Shown here in pieces: positions 17,059 to 26,751 of a DNA stretch of 27,614 bases. Below the pieces are notes generated by a model that searched no databases, was not told the origin of the DNA, and saw only the letters and a list, made by a program, of their open reading frames with translations. Made by a program: the position numbers and the translations under genes. The DNA is taken from positions 90,704-118,317 of the forward strand of contig JAVQSZ010000003.1 of assembly GCA_033581555.1 (NCBI GenBank), written 5' to 3'. The stretch is from Nitrososphaerota archaeon (GTDB taxonomy: Archaea > Thermoproteota > Nitrososphaeria_A > Caldarchaeales > Calditenuaceae). The first letter of the stretch is position 1; each line of letters begins with the position of its first letter.

Positions 17059-17823
17059 TCAGCCCAGCATCAGCGTTCCCCCGTCGACGACGATCACCTG
17101 ACCGTTAACGAAGCTGAAGAGGTCGGAGGCCAGCGCTAGCGCCACCTTCGCGACCTCGGAGGGCTCGCCCCACCTGCCCATCGGCGACTCCTCAGCCAGC
17201 GCCTCCCGCTCGTCCTCCCGGAGGACGTCGTACGTCGCGGAGGTCTTGATGTTGCCAAGGGCCAAGGCATAGGCCCTCACCTTGTACCTTCTGTACTCGG
17301 CCGCGACCGCCCTCACGAGGCCCACGACCGCGAGCTTCGCGATCGAGTACGCAGAGCCGTACCTGTACCAGCTGAGGGCAGGGGTCGAGGAGGTGAGGAT
17401 CAGGACGCCTCCCTCCATGAACGGAAGGAGGGCCCTGACAGCCCTGAAGGTCGAGAGTAGGTCGACGTTCAGGATCTTGACCAGCTCGTCCGCCCTCACC
17501 TCTCCGATCCCCCTGTACCAGATCTCAGGCTCGAGCGGGTAGCCGACGTAGCTGATCAGGACGTCCAGCCTCCCGAAGGCCCTCGTGACGGCCCCGGCCA
17601 GCACGCTCTCAGCCCCAGGCTCGGACAGGTCGAGCTGGAGGGCTTCGGCCCTCGCGCCCCTCCGCCTGCACTCCTCCGCCAGCCCCGACAGGACCCCTGC
17701 CCTCCTGCCTGAGAGCAGAAGGCTTGCGCCCTCGCTCGCGAAGAGCAGCGCGGTCTCCCTGCCCACCTCCCCTGTCGCTCCCAGGATGACGCACGACTTG
17801 CCCTCCAGAAGTCCGGGCCTCAC
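17059..17823 (-). CDS. Short-chain dehydrogenase/reductase (SDR)
   Basis: GATGEVG Rossmann motif, FGRLDVLI, YSIAK catalytic motif, PMGRWGEPSEVA, VNGQVIVVDGG. Confidence 0.92.
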   Translation of the reverse strand: MRPGLLEGKSCVILGATGEVGRETALLFASEGASLLLSGRRAGVLSGLAEECRRRGARAEALQLDLSEPGAESVLAGAVTRAFGRLDVLISYVGYPLEPEIWYRGIGEVRADELVKILNVDLLSTFRAVRALLPFMEGGVLILTSSTPALSWYRYGSAYSIAKLAVVGLVRAVAAEYRRYKVRAYALALGNIKTSATYDVLREDEREALAEESPMGRWGEPSEVAKVALALASDLFSFVNGQVIVVDGGTLMLG

Positions 17824-17862
17824 GGCGTTGAGGGCTCGTCCCCATGTAAAGAACGGTTTCCC

Positions 17863-19291
17863 TCAGTACGCCCTGCCGAAGTAAGCGGTGACACCGTCCT
17901 CCCTCCCGCAGACGATGCACGGAGAGAGGGGCGGCTCCCGCTCGAAGGGGATGACCCTGACCGTAGCGCCGGTGAGGTCCTTGATCTTCGTCTCGCACTC
18001 CTCGGAACCGCAGTAGGTCGCCCTCACGAACCCTCCCTTCTCCTCCAGCGCCCTTGCGAACTCCTCGAAGGACCGTGCCTCGCTCAGCTTGGACCTGAGG
18101 AGCTCCTGGGCCCTCCTGAAGAGGTTCCGTTGGACCTCGGAGAGGAAGTTCCTTCACCGCACCCTCGAGCGCGGGCTCGTCGACGCGGGTCCTCTTCAGC
18201 TCGTCCCTCCTGAAGAGCGTCACCTTCCGCTCCGAGACGTCCCTCGGTCCGACCTCGACCCTGACCGGTACCCCCTTGAGCTCCCACTCGTTGAACTTCC
18301 AGCCCGGCGTGTGCTCCATGTCGTCGTCGAGGTGCGTCCTGAAGCCCGCGCTCTTCAGCCTCGAGACAAGCTGCCTGCACTTCTCCAGCACGACCTCCCT
18401 CTCCGCGTCGGTGTAGTAGATCGGGATGACGACTACCTGGATCGGAGCGACCTCCGGAGGGAGCACGAGGCCCCTGTCGTCGCCGTGGACCATAATCACC
18501 GCGCCTATCACCCTCCACGAGAGCCCCCAAGAGGTGCTCCAGGCGTAGTGCATCTGACCATCGGGTCCCAGGTACCTCACCTCGAAGGCCGTCGTGAAGT
18601 TCTGGCCGAGGTTGTGGGAGGTCGCCATCTGGAGGACCTTTCCGTCGGGCATCACGGCCTCGAGGGTCGTCGTGTAGAGGGCCCCGACGAACTTCTCGAG
18701 CTGCGACTTGTAGCCCGCGATCACCGGTATCGCCAGCTTCTCCTCGATGAACTCCCTGTAGATCTCGAGCATCCTCATCACCTCCTCGTCGGCCTCCTCC
18801 TTCGTCGCGTGGATCGTGTGGCCCTCCTGCCAGAGGAACTCGGAGGTCCTGATGAAGGGCTTCGTGGACTTTATCTCCGCCCTCAGAGCGGAGTTCCAGA
18901 AGTTCACCAACACCGGCAGCTCCCTCCAGCTCTTGATCGACTTCCCGAAGGTAGAGTAGAAGAGCGTCTCCGATGTCGGCCTGACCGCGTACCTCTCGGA
19001 GAGCTGGTCGTCCCCTGACATCGTCACCCAGAATACCTCGGGCGTGAAGCCCTTGAAGTGCTCCGCCTCCTTCCTCAGCAACGACTCCGGTATCAGTACC
19101 GGGAGGAAGGCGTTCCTGTGGTTCGTCTCCCTGAACCTCTTGTCGAGGTGGGACCTGATCAGCTCCCAGATCTCGTAGCCATAGGGATGGAGGTAGATGA
19201 AGCCCTTGATAGGCGCGTAACCAGCGAGTCCAGCCTCGACGACGACCTCGCTGTACCACTCGGGGAGGTCCTCCGACTTCTTCGCCTTCAT
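17863..19291 (-). CDS. proS: Proline--tRNA ligase (archaeal/eukaryotic type) with one +1 frameshift near 18146-18151
   Basis: WYSEVV, RPTSET, PFIRTSEFLWQEGHT, SHNLGQNF, GWKFNEWELKGVP. The C-terminal Zn domain (YCGSEECE...CIVCG...YFGRAY*) continues in a shifted frame to TGA at 17863; total span 1429 nt = 3n+1. Confidence 0.95.
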
Positions 19292-19395
19292 CCCGAACCG
19301 AGCGAGACCCTCTGGGTTTTGACCTTTCAGGCGACCGATACCCCCGACCCGGTGCGGGGAAGGCGTATAGGCGGCCGGGGGATCTGTTCCGCTGA

Positions 19396-20016
19396 ATGGC
19401 CTCGCGGGCCGAGGAGGTCAAGGTCAAGCCCTTCAACCCGTACAAGAAGGCCTACAGGGTGCTGGGCGTCGCGGAGAGCTTCGGTCCCGGCGACTCGAGG
19501 GCCGTCCTGGGAGGGGTCGTGATGAGGGCGGACCTCCAGATCGACGGGATGGTCCTGGGGTCGTGCACGGTCGGGGGGATGGACTCGACAGAGGCGATCG
19601 CGAGGATGCACGAGGAGCTCGGGAGGAGCGATGTGAACTTAGTGATGTTAGGGGGCTGCATCATCAGCCTCTTCAACCTCGTCGACGTCAGGGCGCTCTC
19701 CGAGAGGCTCTCGCTCCCCGTCCTCTGCGTCACCTTCAGGCCTTCTCCAGGGCTCGAGGGGCTGATCGCGACCAGGTTCTCGCAGGACGCTCCCGTGAGG
19801 CTGGAGGTCTACAGGTCCCTCGGCGAGAGGGAGGAGGTGAGGCTGAAGACCGGGCACCTCGTCTACGTCAGGAGGCAGGGGATCACTAGGAGGGCGGCAG
19901 AGGTCGTCCTGAACACGCTGACGCTGAGCGGGAAGGTCCCCGAGCCGATCAGGGTCGCGAGGCTCCTCGCGAGGGCCGCGAAGGACTTCAGGGTCGACGG
20001 TGGTCAGGGCCTGTAA
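19396..20016 (+). CDS. DUF99-family protein (endonuclease V-like / endonuclease dU)
   Basis: RVLGVAESF, GVVMRAD, TVGGMDST, GCIISLFNLVD, GKVPEPIRVARL. Confidence 0.85.
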   Translation: MASRAEEVKVKPFNPYKKAYRVLGVAESFGPGDSRAVLGGVVMRADLQIDGMVLGSCTVGGMDSTEAIARMHEELGRSDVNLVMLGGCIISLFNLVDVRALSERLSLPVLCVTFRPSPGLEGLIATRFSQDAPVRLEVYRSLGEREEVRLKTGHLVYVRRQGITRRAAEVVLNTLTLSGKVPEPIRVARLLARAAKDFRVDGGQGL

Positions 20017-21068
20017 GTCGCGTGCGGCGGGACCACTATCGGGTTCAGCGGGTCCCCCTCGAGCTCGACGCCCTCTGGGACAGAGGAGCCCGGCCCCAGT
20101 ATGCAGTTGAGGAGCCTCGAGCCCTCCCCGACCCTGGCGCCCTCGAGCAGAAGCGTCCTACTGAGCCGGGAGCTCCTCCCGACGCTCGCGGACCCCATCA
20201 CGACGGAGAGCTCGACTGTTGAACCATCGCCGACGACCGCGCCCTCGCCGACGAACGACGTCTGGACCGATGCGTTTCCGCCGATCACCGCGCCCCTGCC
20301 TATCGCGCTCCTCTCTCCCAGCTCCCTCTCGAGGGTCTCGACGTTCGCCCTCAACAGCTCAGACGGGCCTCCGAGGTCATACCACCACTCTCCGGGGTCC
20401 CCGACGACCGCTATCCTCCTGCCCCTCCTCGCCAGCCCGACGACCGCGTCGGTCAGCTCGTACTCGCCCCTCGGCGACCGCTCGACGGCTCTGGCGACCT
20501 CGACGACCTCCCCGGGCAAGAGGTAGATCCCAGCGTTGACCAGCGCTGGGGGCCTCACGTCCTTGGACTTCTCGAGGATGCCCTGGAGGACCCCGTCCCT
20601 GACCAGAAGCGTCCCGAACCTCCACGGGTCGTGCCTGATCACCCCGAGCAGCCCTCCGTCGAGATGGCCGGACTCGACCGTCTCGACCAGTCTCTTGACG
20701 GGTTCAGGCCTGATGGTGACGTCACCGTAGACCAGCAGGAACCTCCTCTCCTTCGAGACCGCTGCGCCGGCCGCGAGGAGCGCGTGCGCCGTGCCCAGGG
20801 GAGCCTCCTGCCTCGGGAACTTCACCCTGTCCCTCCCGAACTCCGAGAGCGCCGAGATCACCCTCTCCGCGAGGTAGCCTACGACTATGTGGACCTCCTC
20901 CGCACCCAGGTCCAGTAGCGTCCTCACGGTCCGCCTGAGCACGGGTTCCCCCGCGACCGGGAGCAAGTGCTTCGGCCGCTCAGACGTCAGGGGATTCATC
21001 CTCGATCCCATCCCCGCGGCGAGGACTACCGCCTTCAACCCGCAGGGCTCCGGGGACTCCCTTCTCAA
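20004..21068 (-). CDS. Sugar-phosphate nucleotidyltransferase (GlmU/RmlA/GCD1-like) with C-terminal hexapeptide repeats
   Basis: AVVLAAGMGSRMNPLT..RPKHLLPV, PLGTAHAL, VYGD, LEK, NAGIY, SPRGEYELTD, WYDLG. Confidence 0.9.
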   Translation of the reverse strand: MRRESPEPCGLKAVVLAAGMGSRMNPLTSERPKHLLPVAGEPVLRRTVRTLLDLGAEEVHIVVGYLAERVISALSEFGRDRVKFPRQEAPLGTAHALLAAGAAVSKERRFLLVYGDVTIRPEPVKRLVETVESGHLDGGLLGVIRHDPWRFGTLLVRDGVLQGILEKSKDVRPPALVNAGIYLLPGEVVEVARAVERSPRGEYELTDAVVGLARRGRRIAVVGDPGEWWYDLGGPSELLRANVETLERELGERSAIGRGAVIGGNASVQTSFVGEGAVVGDGSTVELSVVMGSASVGRSSRLSRTLLLEGARVGEGSRLLNCILGPGSSVPEGVELEGDPLNPIVVPPHATYRP

Positions 21069-21160
21069 AACTTCTACCGTTCGGGGGAGTTAGAACACCG
21101 ACGTTCCAGCCCTCGAACCCGAGATAACCGTAAATCCTCGAAGGGCCGCGCGTCCGGGAC

Positions 21161-22036
21161 GTGGAGCCCGTCGGGGTCGCGATGGCCTTGGGGACCGCGT
21201 TCCTCTGGGCCCTGACCTCAGTGGCGATGAGGAGAGCTACTGCCACTGCCGAGGTCTCCCCTGTCGCGGCCTCGGCAGTCGCGTCCCTGATGGGCCTCGT
21301 GATCGCGCTGGTGGCCACGTTGGCAGAGCTCTCGGCCGGGAGAGAGTTCCATGCGCTCGACGGCGGACTGGTGGAGGCGGTGGCGGCCGGGGCGCTGGTC
21401 TTCGGGATCGGGAGGCTCCTCTGGTACTACGGGATAAGTAAGATCGGCGCGTCGAGGTCCAACGCGATCGCGGCCTCCGAGACACTGATCGCGCCACTGG
21501 TGGCCATTATTCTAGCCGGCGAATCGCCCTCGGTGCTGGTGCTTACTGGGGGCGCGATGATTGCGGCCGGTGTGGCAACGGTCTCGCTGCAGAGGAACGG
21601 CGGCTCCTCGGGCAACGAGTGGACGGTCGGGGTCGCGGCGTCGGTCGGAGCGGCGCTGAGCTTTGCACTAGGAGCGACCTACGCGAGGATCGCGAACGTC
21701 GCGATCGGGTCCCCCTTCCTCACCACCCTGATCAGCACCGCCACCTCCCTCTCGATGATGCTCCTGCTGACGGCCAGAACCGGCGGCCTGAGGAGGGCCC
21801 TCGGGAACGGGTACGCGCTCGCCGGGAGCCTCGCGAACGGACTCGCGAGCGTCCTCTTCTGGGGCTCGCTCTACTTAGCGCCCGTGAGCGTCGCGGTCCC
21901 CCTGACCCAGACGTATCCCCTCTTCACCCTTATGATAACGCTCGGCTTCGCGAAGGCCCTCGAGCGAGTCGACGCGTGGACCGCGGTCGGGGCGGTTGCG
22001 GTGACCGTGGGAGCCGTGATGGTCACGGCGTCCTGA
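21161..22036 (+). CDS. EamA/DMT-family transporter
   Basis: About 10 hydrophobic segments in two repeats; IGASR, LAGE, PVSVAVPL...YPLF. Confidence 0.85.
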   Translation: MEPVGVAMALGTAFLWALTSVAMRRATATAEVSPVAASAVASLMGLVIALVATLAELSAGREFHALDGGLVEAVAAGALVFGIGRLLWYYGISKIGASRSNAIAASETLIAPLVAIILAGESPSVLVLTGGAMIAAGVATVSLQRNGGSSGNEWTVGVAASVGAALSFALGATYARIANVAIGSPFLTTLISTATSLSMMLLLTARTGGLRRALGNGYALAGSLANGLASVLFWGSLYLAPVSVAVPLTQTYPLFTLMITLGFAKALERVDAWTAVGAVAVTVGAVMVTAS

Positions 22037-22049
22037 GGGCTGAGCTCGG

Positions 22050-23393
22050 TCAGAACCTACCCTTCGAGAGCGTCCTCGCGGCGACTATCAGCGGGTGCCA
22101 TACTGGAGCCGTCGCGGGCATGTAGCCGATGTCGGAGAAGAAGACGTCCTCGATGGTCATCCCTCTCTCGACCATCACGGCGGAGAGGTCTGCGTACGCG
22201 GCGACGATGGGGTCCCTCCCCACTACCTGGACCCCCAACACTTTGCCCGAGCTCCGCTCAGCTACCATCTTCACCGTGACCTCGACCCCTCCGGGGAAGT
22301 ACCCGGCCTTGGTCCTCGCGACGATCGCCGTGCTTTCGACGTCCAAGCCATTTCGCGCGGCCTCCTCCTGTCCGAGCCCCGTCCTGGCCAGGTAGAGGTC
22401 CTTGAACCTCGTGACCGCGGTACCCACTATCCCCCTCATCCTGAGCGAGCCCCGCACGACCGCGTTCGCCCCCGCGACCTGTCCCTCCTTATTCGCCGCC
22501 GGCGCCAGCGGTATCCAGACTTTCCTCCTTAGGACGAGGTGGAACTTCTCGACGAGGTCTCCGGCCGCGAAGACTCCGTCCACGTTCGTCGACATCATGT
22601 CATCGGTCTCAACGGCGCCCGTATGGCCCAGCTTGATGCCCGCTTTGACGGCCAGCTCGATGTTCGGCCTCACGCCAATCCCGACGACGACGTCGTCGAC
22701 CTCCTCCTCGCTCCCGTCTGTCCCCACGACGACCCTCCCGCCCTTCCTCGATAGGTACCTCACCGGCTCCGAGAGGCGGACCTGCACCCCGGCGGCCTTC
22801 ATCGCCTCCTCAAGCACCTTCGAGACCTCTGGGTCGAAGGGCCCTGGCAGGAGCCTGTCCATCATCTCGAAGAGGATGACCTCTTTCCCCAAGTCCACGA
22901 GCGCCTCCGTCAGCTCGACCCCGATGTAGCCCCCTCCGATCACCGCGACCCTCCTCGCGCTCCCGAGCCTCGCCGAGGCCGCAGTTACCTCCTCCGGGTG
23001 CCTGAAGGTGAGGGGCCTGACGTCCTCGACTCCCTCCAGCTTAGGGACGATCGGCCTTGCCCCAGTCGCCAGCACGAGCGCGTCCCACCTGATCCTCTGG
23101 ACGCTACCGTCCCTCCTCACCGCGACCGTGCGGCCGTCCACGTCTACGTCCTCCGCGACCGCGTTCGTCAGCACCTCGATCCTCCTCTCCGACGCGAACC
23201 TCTCCGGGGAATAGGTCCTCAGCATCCTGTACGAAGGGACCAGCCCGCTCAGCGCGTAGGGTATCCCACACGGCGCGTGCGTTATCATCCCCGTCGCCTC
23301 AACGAGCGTCACCTCGGCGTCCGGCGCCAACCTCCTCGCCCTCGCGGCCGCCGACGCGCCGGCCGCGCCTCCGCCTATCACGACTACCCTCAT
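22050..23393 (-). CDS. FAD-dependent pyridine nucleotide-disulfide oxidoreductase (CoA-disulfide reductase / NADH oxidase family)
   Basis: GGGAAG, single redox Cys in HAPCGIPY, LATGA, GGGYIGVE, FAAGD, PLAPAANKEG, YMP. Confidence 0.9.
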   Translation of the reverse strand: MRVVVIGGGAAGASAAARARRLAPDAEVTLVEATGMITHAPCGIPYALSGLVPSYRMLRTYSPERFASERRIEVLTNAVAEDVDVDGRTVAVRRDGSVQRIRWDALVLATGARPIVPKLEGVEDVRPLTFRHPEEVTAASARLGSARRVAVIGGGYIGVELTEALVDLGKEVILFEMMDRLLPGPFDPEVSKVLEEAMKAAGVQVRLSEPVRYLSRKGGRVVVGTDGSEEEVDDVVVGIGVRPNIELAVKAGIKLGHTGAVETDDMMSTNVDGVFAAGDLVEKFHLVLRRKVWIPLAPAANKEGQVAGANAVVRGSLRMRGIVGTAVTRFKDLYLARTGLGQEEAARNGLDVESTAIVARTKAGYFPGGVEVTVKMVAERSSGKVLGVQVVGRDPIVAAYADLSAVMVERGMTIEDVFFSDIGYMPATAPVWHPLIVAARTLSKGRF

Positions 23394-23454
23394 GCCAGCT
23401 ATCCGTGACTTCAGCCCATATTATGCACTTATCGGCTTCCCGCGGAGGAGGGGT

Positions 23455-24477
23455 TTGCTCTGGCTGGTAGGGCTCGGGCTTGGATCGAGGGGCTACGTCA
23501 CTGAGGAGGCCTGGAGGGCGATGAGGGGGGCCGACGCGGTCTATCTAGACGCCTACACCAGCTTCGTCGAGGACGGACTGCTCGATGAGGTCAGGCGTCA
23601 TGCGGGCGGGAGGCTCGTGGTGGCGGACAGGCACGTGCTGGAGGACCGCTCGAGGGAGATCGTCTCGAGGGCAGCGTCGGAGGACGTCGTCGTCGCGGTT
23701 CCCGGAGACCCACTGATCGCGACGACCCACTCTTCCCTGATCGTAGAGGCCGCGAGGTCGGGAGTCCCCTGGAGGATCGTCCACGGCGTCTCAATATTCA
23801 GCGCCGCGATCTCGAGGGCCGGCCTCTCGCCGTACAGGTTCGGACGCACCGTCACGCTACCCCGGGACGCCGAAGATGAGGTCCTAAGGGGGATCTGGAG
23901 GACGATCGCCGTCAACTCGTCGACGGGGCTTCACACGATGCTCCTTCTCGACACGGCGGGCGGCGGTCTTACCGCCGGCGAGGCCTCCGAGATGCTCCTC
24001 GGCAGTGTGGACAGTTCAGAGGTCGACGAGGCCGTCAGGGACCCGTTGGTCGTCTACTGCGCGAGGCTCGGGATGAGCGGCGAGAGGGTCGGCGTCGCGA
24101 GGCTCAGCTCCCTGAGGTCGATCGACTTGCCGCCTCCTCCTCACGTCCTGCTAGTTCCGTCCAAGCTGGGGCCCGGCGAGAGGGACTTCGTGAGGCACGT
24201 CCTGAAGTCCGACGAGGAGCCCGTAACTGTCAGTAGCCCGGTCCACGTCAGGGCAGCGAGGTACGTCGCGAAGGCGAGGTCCGCTCTCTCGAGGCTCGAG
24301 GTCCTCATCGACACGAGGGAGGTGAGGCGGGCGCTGGATCACGCGGCCAACTACGTCTCGGACGCGGAGAACTTCCTCAACTCGGGGAGGGAGGAGGACG
24401 CGCTGGTCGCGGTCTCCTACGCAGAGGGGATATTAGACGCTCTGAGGCTGCTGGGTGCGGTGAGGTTCGAGTGGTGA
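23455..24477 (+). CDS. dph5: Diphthine synthase fused to a C-terminal DUF357 domain
   Basis: MLWLVGLGL (TTG start after GGAGGAG), YLDAYTS, GDPLIATTH, YRFGRTVT, GLHTMLLLD, PPHVLLVP; tail YVSDAENFL..G....AL..VSYAEGILDALR..G is DUF357-like. Confidence 0.92.
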   Translation: MLWLVGLGLGSRGYVTEEAWRAMRGADAVYLDAYTSFVEDGLLDEVRRHAGGRLVVADRHVLEDRSREIVSRAASEDVVVAVPGDPLIATTHSSLIVEAARSGVPWRIVHGVSIFSAAISRAGLSPYRFGRTVTLPRDAEDEVLRGIWRTIAVNSSTGLHTMLLLDTAGGGLTAGEASEMLLGSVDSSEVDEAVRDPLVVYCARLGMSGERVGVARLSSLRSIDLPPPPHVLLVPSKLGPGERDFVRHVLKSDEEPVTVSSPVHVRAARYVAKARSALSRLEVLIDTREVRRALDHAANYVSDAENFLNSGREEDALVAVSYAEGILDALRLLGAVRFEW

Positions 24478-24935
24478 GGGCCCGAACGGTCCTGACGACA
24501 GGAGCCTTCGAGATCGTCCACCCCGGACACGTCTTCCTGTTGAGGCATGCGAGGAGGCTAGCGGGTAGGAGGGGCAAGGTGGTGGTGGTCCTGGCCTCGG
24601 ACGCCACGATCAGACAGAGGAAGGGCAGGGAGCCGGTGATGAGCGAACGGGAGCGGCTCGAGGTCCTCTCGAGCTTGAAGTACGTCGACAGGGTCATCGT
24701 TGGGTACACGCCGATCAACTTCGAGAAGGTCCTGAGGCGGGTCAGGCCGGACGTCGTCCTCTTCGGCTACGACCAGACGGCGATCGAGCAGGAGTTCAGG
24801 AGGTTCTGCGAGGAGAGGGGGATCGGGGTTAGGATCGCGAGGGCACCGCGGGCTCCGTACACTCCGAACCTCAGCACGACCCTGATCCTTAACAGGGCCC
24901 AGAGGAACCAGCTGGCCGGCGAGCAGTTCAAATAG
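24471..24935 (+). CDS. ribL: Archaeal FAD synthase (cytidylyltransferase family)
   Basis: GAFEIVHPGH, VVLASD, RKGREPV, SLKYVD, PDVVLFGYDQ, STT. Confidence 0.8.
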   Translation: MVRARTVLTTGAFEIVHPGHVFLLRHARRLAGRRGKVVVVLASDATIRQRKGREPVMSERERLEVLSSLKYVDRVIVGYTPINFEKVLRRVRPDVVLFGYDQTAIEQEFRRFCEERGIGVRIARAPRAPYTPNLSTTLILNRAQRNQLAGEQFK

Positions 24936-24959
24936 GGAGTTTCGGGCAGGTGACGAGGA

Positions 24960-25361
24960 ATGTCTCAGAAGGCGAGCGCGCCGAGGCTGGTGCTGTCAGA
25001 CCCCGACACCGGGACCGCTAAGACCATTCAGCTCACGCCGCAGCAGTTCGTCGTCTTCAGGGGGAAGAAGATTGGCGACGTGATCGACGGAGGGCCCCTC
25101 GGGCTCGGCGATGTGAAGATCAGGATAACTGGGGGCAGCGACCTCGCGGGGTTCCCGATGAGGGAGGACGTCAGCGGCACCAGGCTCGCGAGGGTCCTTC
25201 TCACGAGGGGCGTGGGCTTCAAGGCCAGGAGGAAGCCTCCGTCGAAGAGGAAGAAGCGGAGGAACAGGAGGACCGTCAAGGGACTCAGGAAGCGGGTCTC
25301 GGTGAGGGGGAACACGATCAGCGACGCGATAGTCCAGATCAACGCGATTGTGGTGAGGTGA
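24960..25361 (+). CDS. rps6e: 30S ribosomal protein S6e (eS6)
   Basis: SDPDTG, GKKIGD, ITGGSDLAGFPMREDV, GLRKRVSVRGNTI, QIN. Confidence 0.96.
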   Translation: MSQKASAPRLVLSDPDTGTAKTIQLTPQQFVVFRGKKIGDVIDGGPLGLGDVKIRITGGSDLAGFPMREDVSGTRLARVLLTRGVGFKARRKPPSKRKKRRNRRTVKGLRKRVSVRGNTISDAIVQINAIVVR

Positions 25362-25365
25362 CCCC

Positions 25366-25677
25366 ATGTCGAAGGTCGGCGGCATCAGGGTCGTCGAGAG
25401 GAGGAGGAACGAGCTGCTCAAGAGGACCGAGTACGTCGTCGAGGTCGACAACGCAGACGGTGGGACAGTCAGCAGGTCTCAGGCGAGGAGCTTGCTGGCC
25501 ACGGCCCTCGACGCCAAGTCCGACAACCTGATCGTGGTAAAGGTCTGGACACCGGCTGGCAGGACGACCTCCAGGATAATCGCGAGGGTCTACGACGACA
25601 AGGAGACCCTGATGAGGGTCGAGCCGAAGCACCTCCTGATCAGGGACGGGTTCCTCGAGAGGCCGAAGAGGGGCTGA
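25366..25677 (+). CDS. rps24e: 30S ribosomal protein S24e (eS24)
   Basis: RNELLKRTE, TVSR, T..G, ARVYD, EPKHLLIRDG. Confidence 0.9.
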   Translation: MSKVGGIRVVERRRNELLKRTEYVVEVDNADGGTVSRSQARSLLATALDAKSDNLIVVKVWTPAGRTTSRIIARVYDDKETLMRVEPKHLLIRDGFLERPKRG

Positions 25678-25678
25678 G

Positions 25679-26751
25679 TCAGGCCCTCACGATCTCGCCT
25701 CCGCTCGCCTTCCTGAGCCTGTTCATTATCGCGAGGCCCAGTCCCCTCTCCTCGACGCCCTCAGCGATTATGACGTCTACGCCCATCTCGTCGAGCGCCC
25801 TGATCGAGTAGAAGAGCGACCTCGCGACCTCCCTTAGGTCCGAGGACGAGCCCAAGTCGAGCGTGATCGCGCCCTCGTATCGTTTGCCGTCGGTCGCCAG
25901 AACACCGACCCGGAGGCCCCTCGAGCAGTACTCCTCCACGAGCTCCTCCACCTTCGACCTGACCGCCTCTGGTCTCCCCTCGACGAGCACCATCTTGGCC
26001 CTCGGCGCGTAGTGCCTGTACTTCATCCCCGGCGACCTAGGCCTCGAAGGGGCGTGCCCCAGCCCCCTCGCCCATTCCGGGACCTTGACCCTCCCGATGA
26101 CCCGCTCGACCTCCTCCACCGGCAGACCACCGGGCCTCAGCACCTCAGGAGGCTCGACCGTGACGTCGAGGACTGTCGACTCGACCCCTATCTCGGTCGT
26201 GCCACCGTCGAGAACGATCTCGATCAGGCCCTCGAGGTCCCTCATCACGTGGTCCGCGGTCGTGGGACTTGGAGAACCGGACCTGTTGGCGCTAGGTGCG
26301 GCGATCGGCGTGCCTGCGGCCCTGATCAGCTCGAGGGGGACTGGGTGGTCGGGCATCCTAACCGCGACCGTGTCGAGTCCAGCCGACGTCACGGTGGGGA
26401 CGAGCTCCGTCCTCCTCAGCACCAGCGTGAGGGGACCCGGCCAGAACTCCCTGATCAGCCGCTCCGCGACCGGCGGTACCTCCGAGGCCAGAAGGTAGAC
26501 GCCCTCGGGGTCAGCGACGTGGACTATCAGCGGGTTGTCGGGGGGCCTGCCCTTAGCCTCGAAGACCCTCGAGACCGCGTCGGGGTTCAGCGCGTCGGCT
26601 CCAAGTCCGTAGACCGTCTCGGTCGGGAACGCCACGAGTCCTCCTGACCTTATCACCTTGGCCGCCTCCTCGATCGCCTCCCTCTCCGGCTCCCTGGAGG
26701 GTTCACCCTGATCCTCTTGGTTGCGACCCGGCGCGGACGCTCGGCCCTCAC
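25679..26751 (-). CDS. sua5: L-threonylcarbamoyladenylate synthase Sua5 (YrdC + Sua5 domains) with a 5' frameshift near 26697-26703
   Basis: VAFPTETVYGLGA, KGRPPDNPLIVH, FWPGPLT, AAPSANRSG, SPGMKYRHYAP, MNRLRKAS. The N-terminal ATKRIRVNP lies in another frame, starting at GTG 26751, which overlaps the USP stop (GTGA). Confidence 0.93.

Noticed and set aside
17609-18145. C-terminal extension of ProRS overlapping the SDR gene, as given in the ORF track
   Set aside because: Artefact of the frameshift; the true C-terminus ends at 17863 in another frame
18084-19445. Long alternative-frame and antisense ORFs (453 aa, 309 aa; likewise 1392-2294, 11007-11753, 26012-26647)
   Set aside because: Shadow ORFs expected in GC-rich coding DNA; low-complexity R/G/P or S-rich translations without motifs
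23392-23454. ATG 23392 start for dph5
   Set aside because: Overlaps the divergent oxidoreductase start and the shared promoter region; TTG 23455 has an RBS and gives the conserved MLxLVGLGL start
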